64,000 nt of DNA from Fistulifera solaris (taxonomy: Eukaryota), in assembly GCA_030295235.1 (NCBI GenBank), contig AP026124.1:1-64000 (forward strand), given 5' to 3'. Under the pieces are notes generated by a model. The model was given only the letters and a program-made list of their open reading frames with translations, was not told where the DNA came from and made no database searches. The position numbers and the translations under genes were made by a program. Of this stretch, positions 34,039 through 45,340 are shown piece after piece; positions within the stretch are counted from its first letter, which is position 1, and every line of letters begins with the position of its first letter.

Positions 34039-34667
34039 TTTAGTAGTTCGCTTTCAAAGAAATATAATCCCTTTACTTAGTCTCCTGGTCAAGTGAGAGT
34101 AGATTGGGCTTGTCTTCGTCTTGTGACTGTTTCGGCTCGTTTAGTTCACTACGATCTTTTTGACTCGCCATGGTGAAAGTCGTTTTGACTTCCAACAGTC
34201 TTTTGCCCTAAAGCCTGAATCCTGGTTCTACACATTGCGCTACAGTTTGATGAAAGGGTCATTTGAAATCAGAACCGGTATGACAGGTAACATATTTTTA
34301 CCGATGTAATCAAAACCTTAACGCAGAGAGTCGATTACTACGCATGCACGCGATGCGATCATCACTCCCCCTCTAATTCTAGTTGTTTGTCAACGCGACT
34401 GACTATTGACTATTGACGTTAAGCGTCAATACAAATCTTCAAGATGAGCTTACGATCATTGACTACACTAGCCTCTCATTCATCCTTTTGCGTGCAATTA
34501 AAGGTCGTTGATAAGCCTCTTTCAAAGAAAAACAATCAACAAGTCATTTTCTATACTGTAATGAAATTTGTGATCTCCACAAAAAAAATGTTTCATGAAA
34601 TGTTTAAAGAACGGTAAACTGCTGTAACAAGCGTCCTCTGTGCCGTTCACTCGATTCGCTCATGAAC

Positions 34668-35987
34668 TTAATGGTCGGCGAACCGCAAACCGCCATTCTC
34701 ATGCTCCGTAACTCCCAAGGCTTTCACACCGTCGGACCAGTATTTCTTACCACTTCCTGAAGTGGAGCTTCGCGAAGACTCGTGGGCCAGCTGAATCATC
34801 TTATCCTTCAATTCTTGAGGAATACGCGGACACGTGCGGCAAAAGTGATTCGAACCCATGTTCTGCCCCGCTTGATACAAGTTCTCCAAACGAACTGGAA
34901 AGTAGACGGCTCCACGGCTTCGAGCCGCACGTACGACATCTTGGCAGAAACGACAGCGGATTCCAACTTGTCCGACGACTACTTGACGTTTACGGCCTTG
35001 GTCGTGGGGGCGGGTATCATCTGCAGTAGCCTCGAATAACTCTATCTGTTCGCGCAACAAAACCTGATACTCCGACAAGACAATGGAGTCACTGCGGAGA
35101 GCTAGAGGCATGCTACGCGACGATGCCGGTAGGGCCGTCTCGGAGAGACTTGATACAGAGGATGATGCGCGTTGAGCTACCATTCGATTGGGAGGAAGAC
35201 CCAGTTGAGATGCCGATGGATCGACGTCCGCGACAGTTACCGCAGGAAGCGAAGTGGTAGCATTAGACCTCAACACCAACGCCAGGGCTTCCTGGAGTAA
35301 CGCGGGATTTGAAACAAGACCTTGTGGAGGAGGTGGTGCAGGAGGAGGCAGAGGAGAAGAAGCGGTAGCAGATTGCAGCAGCGGTAAAAGTACGAGAAGA
35401 GCAGCTTGGGTTGCTTCGGCGGACATTGAATCCAAGGGACGGGGAGTAGGCGGAGGTTGGAACACAGGAGGAGCCGTAGGAGCCTGTAAAGCAGCAAGAA
35501 TTGAACATAGTTGACTAATGTTGGTGTTAGAGAACTGTGGTACTGGTGCTGCAGGTAACTGTGGTTCTGTAAAAGCCAACGGAGGCGCAGGGACTATAGG
35601 AGAAATGAGGCTTTGCAACCGATCAAGCGATGCCATATCATTGAGAGAAAACGTGTTCCCGGGCGGGTTGATCGATGGCACACTTGCTTGTCGAACTAAT
35701 TCGCCGATTAGTTCTTGTACGGACAACAAAGCAGCTGGGGCCGCCACGGTTGTCGATGTGTTGGGATTTACAAGCGACGCCAAGAGAGGATGATGTAGCG
35801 TAGCTGCGGGCCCTGCTACTGGTAGCGAGCTGTTGTTCATTCTTTCTAATAAAGAGAGAAATGGAGGCTCGTGTCTTTGTGCGACAACTGACTCTACCAA
35901 CGTAGCACGATTGCTCTCGCTCTCCTCGTGAGCAGCACGACGTCGCTTCTTGTTGCTTTCTTCGCTCGTGTCATTATGTTTTGACAT
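34668..35987 (-). CDS. Diatom-type uncharacterised protein, paralog of 30748-32043 (Pro/Ala-rich N-terminus with basic NLS-like KKRRR)
   Basis: LSEYQVLLREQIELFEA...GRKRQVVVGQVGIRCRFC...GAVYFP..LENLYQAGQNM..NH...C...GKKYW. Confidence 0.85.
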   Translation of the reverse strand: MSKHNDTSEESNKKRRRAAHEESESNRATLVESVVAQRHEPPFLSLLERMNNSSLPVAGPAATLHHPLLASLVNPNTSTTVAAPAALLSVQELIGELVRQASVPSINPPGNTFSLNDMASLDRLQSLISPIVPAPPLAFTEPQLPAAPVPQFSNTNISQLCSILAALQAPTAPPVFQPPPTPRPLDSMSAEATQAALLVLLPLLQSATASSPLPPPAPPPPQGLVSNPALLQEALALVLRSNATTSLPAVTVADVDPSASQLGLPPNRMVAQRASSSVSSLSETALPASSRSMPLALRSDSIVLSEYQVLLREQIELFEATADDTRPHDQGRKRQVVVGQVGIRCRFCQDVVRAARSRGAVYFPVRLENLYQAGQNMGSNHFCRTCPRIPQELKDKMIQLAHESSRSSTSGSGKKYWSDGVKALGVTEHENGGLRFADH

Positions 35988-36929
35988 GAGATGGATGAAT
36001 GTGTTATACTAAGCCTATTAGATTTCGGGGGCATGGGTGAGATTATTCAGTTGTGACGATTGTAATCGATTTCTTTCGTTGTGTTGTGCAAAAATTATGA
36101 AGTAACAAGTTTAGGAGAAGGCGCCGTGTTGCTGTTCGTGTTTTTCTTTGAACCATGACTTGTCAGACGAAAGTGACGATTGTAAAACGAAATATTGGCC
36201 CTAAGAAAAACGGCACAAATTCGTGTTTGTGTTCCTTGCAAATTCAATCGTCATTTTCTCAGTACTTCATGCAAAGTACAATTGCACGTGACGACTTCAC
36301 AGTGATCGACTCATCATGAAGCTGTAGGATGGCTCGCGTTGCAGTCAGAAACTCCCGTCCCCTTGTATGTAAACATTGTGCGTGTAACTTGAACCAAAAG
36401 TGCGTACCTTTCTTTTCTATAGTCTGAAAAAGGTGACATCATCGACCGAATTTCTTTTCAGAGCCAACCAAACTGATCACACATGGAAACCAAAACGTCA
36501 CTTACTGAAGACGATGTTTTCACCCGTGTTCTGCATCTCAGACATGCTCAACGTTCAAGTTTGTCCCTCCCTCTCATGACTCAATAACTCTCCGTTAAAA
36601 TGCATATTAGGTGTGAGTTTGATGCTTCCACCTCCTTCGTCACTGCGAAGTGAATGAGGAGGTTTAGTTCAAATTCTTCGCAATGACGAGTTGGCGTTCT
36701 CTGGCTAATATGCTAGAAATACCCATCCACCAGCCCTGCCTGGGTTACGACAATTGGGATAGAATACTCTGAGCTTCCTACCCACCACATTCAATCACTC
36801 TGGCTCCTAACACGGCTTTCGGGACAAAGTATTTTAAGCTGACATACCTATTAATACCATTAAATTACAAAATCACGCACTCATTGCTCGTGTTGGAAGG
36901 CCGTCCCGATCGACCCACGAAAGTTGAAT

Positions 36930-37715
36930 TCACTCCATCGGGAGTCTGTTCCGGAACTTGATGAATATCTCTGTGAAAACGGTGATATTGGGCGTATTGA
37001 AATGGTTTGGATCGCTTTTCATTTTTATTCTCCTTTTAATTCGCTCATTTCTCCTGCTGTACATGTCGTGAACAATACGCTCTTGTCTATTCATTCGAGC
37101 GCGCCCATTTAGGTAAGGATCAAATTCTCCTTCTTGGTAGTCGATGATGACTTTTGGAGGCCCTTGCGGCGTGTTTTTGGAAAAAGGATTGACGTTGACG
37201 TGTTTGGTGTCGGCTTTGCCTTTGCTACTACCGGCTACGTCGTCGTCGTCTTCATCGTTAACGGACGAGAATGTAAATCCCTTTCCCAATGGTGACTCGT
37301 ATTTTAATTCTTTTTCACTTTCTCGGAGCGTTTGCTTCAATGCCTCTCTTTGTAAGCCTTTGCCGTAATGCATTTCTCGGTGTTCCTCGTGATTCCAAGT
37401 GAATTTCCAGTCTGGTGGAGGCCTTGGCGCATACACTTTCCGGTAATTTAAATTGCGAAAGTGCGGTCCTTGCGCATTTTTTACATCGCGACTGCGTCTA
37501 GTGTTTTGTATATCTTGTAAAACGAATTCGTACGCTTCATTTAGTTTTTGAAAGTCAGATCGTTTCTCCGGAGATCCACCGTGACGGTCTGGGTGATGTA
37601 ACAATGCTAATCGCTTATAAGCAGCCTTGACTTCGGGCAACGTTGCAGAACGAGAAATTTGCAGAATGGAATAATGATCTTGACCGCCGCGAAATGCATG
37701 GCGAAATGAAGTCAT
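36930..37715 (-). CDS. DnaJ (J-domain) protein
   Basis: DHYSILQI...VKAAYKRLALLHHPDR...FQKLNEAYE (HPD motif). Confidence 0.9.
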   Translation of the reverse strand: MTSFRHAFRGGQDHYSILQISRSATLPEVKAAYKRLALLHHPDRHGGSPEKRSDFQKLNEAYEFVLQDIQNTRRSRDVKNAQGPHFRNLNYRKVYAPRPPPDWKFTWNHEEHREMHYGKGLQREALKQTLRESEKELKYESPLGKGFTFSSVNDEDDDDVAGSSKGKADTKHVNVNPFSKNTPQGPPKVIIDYQEGEFDPYLNGRARMNRQERIVHDMYSRRNERIKRRIKMKSDPNHFNTPNITVFTEIFIKFRNRLPME

Positions 37716-38141
37716 TTCCCTTTGATCTCCTTTTTCTTAGAGCAAAACTTAGTAGCGAGATGAATGATGAGCAGGTATAGAAGGAGTGTGAAGTAATGAT
37801 TAAAAAGGAAACACCTAAAGCGATTTTACCTAAACTGCCGCGTGCATCGCCATGGTCACACGATAAGGCCATGCGTCGCAAGTCGCAATAAGGAACAAGC
37901 TTGTTTCGTGTATATATTCTAGAGTACCGGTACCGGTACCGGTACCGGAACGATAGCTTATTCGAAGTCTTTCTTGAATGCTTCGCAAGCCGCAAGAAAA
38001 ACACGACCAAGAACTAGATGTATTCCAACTAAATAGAGGGAGTCCAGTCAAGGATAGGCCGGCTCCGTCCTCGTCTGAAATGCAAGTAAGGGGACAGATC
38101 CACACCAAGGTATAATCAAAACTAAGTTACGGTGGTTGGTC

Positions 38142-39232
38142 TTACATTGTACTAATATCTCCAAGTGATTCCGCTCGCAGTTGACGGAGCAAATATTCGT
38201 AACGTTGCTTTCGATCCGCGTCAGTGATTTGAAGGGTTGCTAAGCATTGTTGGCGTTCTTCTCGCGTACGGGGATCGGGAAAAGCATCGAGCAGCAAGTA
38301 CAATCCTAGCGGCACCCATTTGCTCTCGGGAGCCTCTAGGAGTAGTTCACGCAAAGGCTCGATCACTTGAGTTTGAATCAAATGCGGGTAGAAGGCTTGG
38401 TCGCGAGGTCCGTTCCGCAGCAAATACTGTGCATACCACCAAGCCGTTTGATCATCCGGCTCCGTGAAGACTGCGTTTAAAATCATCGACCATTCTTCTG
38501 TCAAAGAGTTTCAACATCAAACGTCGTTTCTAATTTCCATGGAAATAACCTAGTTCGATAATGGATTGCGGAGTAATTCGAGAAATTGTCCTGTATCTTT
38601 TGTTGGGTGAAGTCCCATTCGGCTTGTAATATTTCGTGACGGCGATCTGTTGTAGCTGGAGCACGGACGCGTTTGTGTGTTACGACGATTTGACTTGCAT
38701 CGAAAGCCTCGACGTTGTCATTTGTATCATCCGGATGATCTCCGAGCAATAGCGAAACAATGAATCGACGATAATTCCATCCGTGAAAGTTGCGTTCATC
38801 TTTTGAAGAAACATTTGAATAAGCTGTAACTCATTTTCCAGCAAAGCAGTATCGTCTGTAGAGGACGAAATCATTACCGACGATGATAAGACCCACTTGC
38901 GATGCAACCAAGCTCCGTACGCTTTCGGGTTGTTTTCCAGAGCGGCTTGCGTGAGACCCAATTCATTACTCAAAAAAGTTGTCTTATTATCGTTTTTCTG
39001 CCTCGTTTTGTAGAGACAACAAAACACGGCGTCGAATGTTCCACAAATATAAAGGATCCGGATTCACAAATAACATCTTCTCGGTCAATGCAAGCTGTCG
39101 TTGCGGAGGACTGTCTTCGGCAAGTACTTCACGGACCAAAGTATGCCATTGCTGCGCTTTCGCGGCTAATTTCGACACGACAGCCGGATCGCGTTGCAAT
39201 GCTTTGTATTGTTCGCGTTTTCGACCGTGCAT
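38142..39232 (-). CDS. RABGGTA: Rab geranylgeranyltransferase (type II) subunit alpha; three apparent 1-nt indels
   Basis: MHGRKR start. Prenyltransferase-alpha repeats NPD..YLWN.RR, NPKAYGAWLHRKW, (frame-corrected) DERNFHGWNYRR, NFSNYSAIHYR, FTEPDDQTAWWY. Confidence 0.88.
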
Positions 39233-39593
39233 GACGAAGATAGGGAGTTATATTGTTTTTCTAGTTGTAATGATAAGTGAAAAATAACTGAAGACGAGCG
39301 AACCAAGGAGCTAACAATAAAAGCGAATGGCGCCGACGACCGAAAGTCGCATTGGTCTTTGACAATGTTGTAAAAAAGCAGGGGTGGCGATTGTTTTAGC
39401 TCAAGACTCCGTCCGCAAGTAGTCCCGGGAAATACGGAATTCACTCCGTATCACGCAAGGACAATCCCCATCGTCAACCCGTTTCCACTGCAGTTCCCGC
39501 TAATTTTCATATTTGTAGTTATCATTGCCTCAGCGTGAACAATAGAGCCGAGATTCTGAGAATCAAATCATTCTTTATTAGTTGCTGATCTGC

Positions 39594-42558
39594 TTATGCA
39601 TCATCCCAATCAGAAGGTGCTGCACCTGGCGATGTTGCTCCGTGCGGATGATTGGAAGGCATGTATCGATCTGTATTCGTGTTAAAATAATTGTGGCTTG
39701 GCGGACCATCATGCTGTCCATGATGGTTATTCTGCTGACGTGGATACGACTGTCCATCGTAGCGATGCTGTGGTGGATACGAATGTCCCTGAACTTGATT
39801 GTAGTGGGGCAGGGGTGACTGTGATTGTGTTCCGTAAGGCTGATACACCGGTGAATGATGTTGCCCTCGAGAGTTTGGAGCAAACTGTCTTTGAGGAGGA
39901 TAGTCTTGCCCCTGAAAATACTGAGGAATAGGTTGCTGCTGTGAAGAATATGGCCCACGGTACGGTTGCTCATGTCGTGCTGGAGAAAAGGGCGGCCTTT
40001 CGAAATGCTGGGAGTCGGGCGGATAAAAGGGTCCTCGATAAGGTTGTGGGGGTGAAACATACGGCTGGCCAAAATCGTGTTGTGGTGGCGCATATGATGC
40101 TCCTCGATAAGATTGCTGTGACTGAACTGGGGAAAAGGGTTGTCCAATGTACGATTGTCTTTGTCCGTAGGGTACTCGTACCTCGTATCCAGATCGATCG
40201 AGATCATTGCCGTCTTCCCGATCCCTCGGTGGGGCTGGAGTCCCATGAGTTGATGTGAACGGGACCCCATGGCGTTGGGGTGACATATAAGGATTGGGCA
40301 TGTTCGGAGGTACGAGTGGCGAAATTTGTTTTTCGTATTGAATTTTGGGTGGTTTGTAATGGAAACGTTTCGGCAAAGGTAACTGGAGTGCTTGCGAAAA
40401 CGGAGGTAGATCGGGATAATCGGAAGTGATATTTTCAGCTTTAGGGGGCGAAAAAACGGACCACTGATTGACGGGAATGTCCATCGGATTATTGTCGGGA
40501 GGTGGCGGAACAAGGACATCAACCGGCCCCGTGTAAGTGGGAATAACTTGCGAAGGATCCTTTATCAAATCTTCGACAGTGAAGAAGCCATGGAAACCTA
40601 ATCGAATTCGAGTAAAATCGTAATCAGCAAATGGTTTTTCATTTGCTTCACCATCGTCCCCTTGCTCGCCGTCGTTGTCGTTCTTTCTGTCGCTCGATGT
40701 ATCTGTGCCACGTTCGATAACGTCGCTCGTCTGTATACCGACATTGACGACACTTCCATCAATTGCGACATCCTCTCCGTTTTCCTGTACTTCACCATCA
40801 TCACTAATTACTCCGATGTCTTCATTGCCGGCCTCCTGGTCATCAGCATCATCATTATCGTCTTGGTCGTCATCATCACTTAGCTCTAGATCCGGTACAT
40901 CGGCAATCAGAGTGGCCAAACTACAAGGTGGTACTTCCAATTGATCATCGTCGCCCAGCAAGCCTCCGGCTTTCGCCAATTCTTGCATGGCTGTTTCCCC
41001 CACCACCATAATGACAACATCACAACCCACTTGTCTCGCCCACCAGACAGCTTGCTGGACAGCTTCCGCTGGACCAGGTCGTTTCGTGGTATCGCTCCGT
41101 TTGAGACCTAAGTTACCTTTGCGAGGTGGTGTCATGTAGCGAAACGGATCAATCAAATCAATAAGCGCATTGTTCTTCAGGACCATCGGCTTTAGAGACC
41201 ACGGATTTAATGAATCGTCTAAACGAAAGTACTGGATATCCAGCACGCGACGAGGCCTCATTTGCCCCTCCTCCTCCTCCTCCTCCTCCTCCCTCCCAGT
41301 TGTCTTCCTTCTTTGACAGGTCTTCGTTTAGTGTCTTTTCAATATCTTCTCCTTGTTGTCCAGCGTCACTGACTTTCTCTGAATCGCCCTCTTCGTTGAC
41401 TAATTTGGTTCCATCCTCCTCTTCCTTCCCTTTGATGTCCTCCTCTTCCAAATGCTTTTCATTGACTGAATTCTCCATCTCCTCGTGCTGTTGCTCATCA
41501 TCATCGTCGTCGTCGTCGTCGTCGTCTACTTTCTCTGAGTCGTCCTCTTTGCTGACTTCAATCATTGTTTCTTTCTCGACTGGAATCTTACTAATTTCCT
41601 TGACTGGTACTTGTTCTTCGTCTTTCCATTCTCGAACCCAAGCTTTGATTTTGTACTTGAACTTCTTAACAATGAGACTAAAGGGGCACTTTTGTCGTGC
41701 ATCATTCCACGGTGATGCACTGCAATGCAACAACCCCGCGTCAATGACTGGCTGATATCCCCCACAACGATCGATTTTTGGGTCTTTAGTACAAAGACTG
41801 TTGTGCACGACAATGGGAATAGCGCACGGGGCTTGTAGACATTTCTTGGTCGATAATTGCCAACGCAGATTGTTGTATTGGTTGAGGTTACTACAACCTA
41901 CCATATAAGCCGTACCCGTACATGCTTTTGTCGGTGCACTGAAGCACGCCATACGGCGTTCTTCCGTCGTGCTTTGACTAATGGCAGCCATGAGACTGGT
42001 AAAAGCTTCCTGTGCAGTGTGATAGCCTTTTGTGTCATAAATGGATCAATATATTCCGACAGACGCAAACGGCGGGGTCGCTCGTCATAATCATCACTAG
42101 GTTTTGTGACCGGTTGTGAAGCTGCTTCATCGACTGGCAGCGATGCTGGTGAAGACGGGTGCTGCTCTATTTGATCGGAAACATCTTTACCTCTTTTTTG
42201 TGTGTCAAGGGTATCTTTTTTCTTCTTTCTTGTCACATTTATCGTGGATTGCCTGACTGTTTCTGTCGTCGGTTCTTCTAATTTCTCCTTCTTCTTCGCC
42301 ATCGTCATCGTCCTCGTCACTAACGTTGATCACCTCTTCGTCTTCCTCGTGTTGCTGTTGTTGATTATGTAGCAAAGACGGTGATTCGACTACTTTTGGA
42401 ATACCAGTAGAAGAAGAAGGCGAGTATGAGGGATTGTTGCCAGAAGGCGATAGTAAAACGTTGTCGTCGTCTGTCGTGTCGGGAGGAGGTTCATAATCGC
42501 CAAAGGCATCGACTTGCGTTTCTCCGCAGCGCAACAGCAAGACGGTGACATACACCAT
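39594..42558 (-). CDS. Large hypothetical protein with degenerate histidine-phosphatase-like segments, acidic inserts and a Q/P/Y/G/H-rich C-terminus; several frameshifts
   Basis: Consecutive overlapping minus-strand ORFs (42205..42558, 41898..42320, 41158..41991, 39594..41261) switch frame at homopolymers. Confidence 0.65.
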
Positions 42559-43480
42559 TGTTAGATTGTATTGTGACGCTGGGTTTTAAGGATGAAGACA
42601 GTTCAATAAGGACGATACGCCAAAGTGCAAGATACGAGCGGGCAGTCAAGAGTCATTTTGTTATTATTTCTAAAAAACTCTATCGCTTCGATCATGACTG
42701 AAATTCAGTCTTGACAAAATGATTGCGCCTTCTCACGTTGTGCCTATCATCCGTAGGGATGCCACGATTCGTAAGGCGTATCGGCCGAAATAATCAAGGC
42801 TCATGCTAAAACTGACACTGATGGTAAATGCGTCGATTTTAATACTTCATTCGCACTAACAACTCGCAAAAGGTAGCAGTATGGTTATCGCCAACGTTTG
42901 CTTTTCATTCGTGACTGAAAAGCAGTCGTGAAAATGGTCGCTTACACTTTTGGCCACAGTAAAAGGCGGAAGACAACGATCCGCAAGGCTTGTCTACACG
43001 AAGAATCAAGGCGTGGGTTGCCAATGATGCTGAAGATAATCGCATCACCCGCAAAAGAAAACTAGCACGTTAAGGTCGCAAAAGAAACGGATGCTAGGTA
43101 GGGATAGTAAATGCTGTGTCCAAGATCTCGGAATTATTTTTATTCCATCAATGCAAATGTTAATAGATTTTGGTCTCTAGAGGTCCATTACTAATAAGAG
43201 GTGATTACTTTTATATTATTCTATTTCATGAAGATGTTGCGCCTACAATTGATTCGGCGATGGATTACTTTACTTCGCTGAAACAAAAATCACTCAGGAC
43301 TCATGACTGGATAACATTCACGCACACGACATGCGTCATCATCATAATAACCTCTTGCTAATTGCAGTAATAAATAATAAAACAAAAACGAAGACGACAA
43401 CAATCGGATCTGGACTCAATCAAAAGGCCATAGTAGCAAGCAGAGGAACGTTGTTGTTACAACCATCGTCTTCTCTTACG

Positions 43481-44401
43481 ATGCGTATCGTTTTCGCCGC
43501 AATCTACGCCATCTTCGCCGCGTTTTACGCAGAAAAAACCGAGTCATGGTCTCCGTCCTCGCGACGCTCCTGGTTGAATCAGATCATGCAACAAGGAGCC
43601 GCTGTGATAGCCACAACAACGGTTGCTGCAACTCCAACTTTACTACTAAATCCTTCCGTCGCTTTTGCCACAGAGGAGAACAAAGGACTTGAATCGGTTT
43701 ATTTTGGAGTCGGTTGCTTCTGGCACATTCAGCACGAATTCGCAGTCGCCGAAAGAGACTTGTTAAACCGCAACAAATCGCAACTGACTTGTAAAACAGG
43801 ATATGCTGGAGGAAAACAGGTGGGTGAAGAGGGAAAAGTATGCTATCACAACTTTTTGCAAGTGGCCGACTATGGACGAATGGGACATGGAGAAGTCGTC
43901 GGGCTCGAGTTGCCTTCCGATCAAATTGTCAAATTCGCTGAAGTATACTTTTCCTTGTTTGATCCCAATACGAAAGATCGAGTCGATCCTATGGATCGAG
44001 GTAGTGAATACCGCAGCTTGATGGGATTGCCCGGAGGTACATCACATCCGTTGTATCCTGACATTGTTCAAGTAGCGCAATCGGCTGGTTTCACTTTGAA
44101 ACCAGGCAAAGGCAGCGATCCTGATACATTGCGACAACAGCTGGTCTATGTGTATGATACCAAAGATTTCCCCTTTTACCAGGCCGAAGTGTATCATCAG
44201 TTTCATGTAAGTTTGGATACGCTCATTGATGTTGTATTTCAGCTGTTGAAACCTCCTCACTTTATATTGACGTTGCTACCAATCACCTGGATGCAGAACG
44301 ACTTTCAATCGAAGCCGTATGGAAGAGAATACAATGCAATTGCTGATCTTGCCTTGGAAGACGGTCGCATTAAAGCCACAGGATGCCCGGATCGTGTATG
44401 A
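43481..44401 (+). CDS. Peptide methionine sulfoxide reductase MsrA-like protein, plastid/thylakoid-targeted; intron 44207-44296
   Basis: VYFGVGCFWH, TGYAGG, GHGEVV, DRGSEYRS, FYQAEVYHQ. N-terminal signal peptide, then SRRSWL, hydrophobic stretch and AFA. Confidence 0.85.
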   Translation: MRIVFAAIYAIFAAFYAEKTESWSPSSRRSWLNQIMQQGAAVIATTTVAATPTLLLNPSVAFATEENKGLESVYFGVGCFWHIQHEFAVAERDLLNRNKSQLTCKTGYAGGKQVGEEGKVCYHNFLQVADYGRMGHGEVVGLELPSDQIVKFAEVYFSLFDPNTKDRVDPMDRGSEYRSLMGLPGGTSHPLYPDIVQVAQSAGFTLKPGKGSDPDTLRQQLVYVYDTKDFPFYQAEVYHQFHVSLDTLIDVVFQLLKPPHFILTLLPITWMQNDFQSKPYGREYNAIADLALEDGRIKATGCPDRV

Positions 44402-44496
44402 AAAGTGTGAAGCGATATTTGTTAATCGAGAAACGAAACGAAAATAATCTGCTACATGACTAGTCACATACAACATGACTCAAATTAAATGTCACT

Positions 44497-45000
44497 TTAC
44501 TCTTCTAAGTTAATTGACTTGCCAAATCTTCCATATAATATTTGTTTAAGCTTTGCCTGTTCGGAACGAATCGCATCTTCTTCTTGTTGCAAAGCATCGA
44601 CTTGTGTTTGAAACTGCTCAACCAGTTTCTCACAATATTCCGTCGCCTCTTCTTCGGGAATCTCAAAAATGCCTCTCCCATAGTTAAAAGCACTTGTGTA
44701 TTGCCCGAAATCATCATCAGCTCTGTACTGGCATCGTCCAAGCTCTCGAGTTCTTTCTGCAAAACCGATTCATACAACAACTTTTCGTGTAAGATACTCC
44801 TCTTTTGTTTACCCTCAGGAAACATCAAACGTAAAGTCCATTACAACTTTACACGCACGTACCTGCAAGGACTCTTTCTTTTGTCGTAAGGTATGCAATC
44901 GAGCATTCAAACGGGCAAATTGATTGATGTTGTTTTGATCTTCTCGTCGAACTTCGGAATCGTTTTCATCTTGCGGATCAAGAACAGTCGCTGCTGACAT
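44497..45000 (-). CDS. PFDN4: Prefoldin subunit 4; one intron and one 1-nt deletion in a T-run (~44665-44669)
   Basis: EVRREDQNNINQFARLN...LDDASTEL...GEAF...(frame-corrected) LKQILYGRFGKSINLEE. Confidence 0.9.
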
Positions 45001-45340
45001 GTTGCTTCTTTCCTGGACGAATGAGTTGCACTGCTGAAAGATAAATGACAACAAAATATGGAGGGCAACCTCGATGATGCCTTTGCCAAGTTAAAGTCAC
45101 AATTTGTCTTTTCCGCGGCGATTGATGATTTGATCGCGACGGACACAGGCAAGACGAAAACTACATCGGGGCTCGAGGAAACGAAAACGAAAACCACGCC
45201 TAAGTAATGTCTAGCTTGAATCGGAGAACGTAGCCTACGGCACCTTAAGTTTGTCAAAAATCACACAAGTCACCTTTGTATGTTGTCACAAAATAATCAT
45301 CACCATCCTTTCTTTCATCATCGATCAACCGTCCTTCTAA

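Noticed and set aside
39578..40522. 314-aa alternative-frame ORF overlapping the Q/P/Y-rich tail
   Set aside because: Shadow frame of low-complexity coding sequence with no independent motifs.
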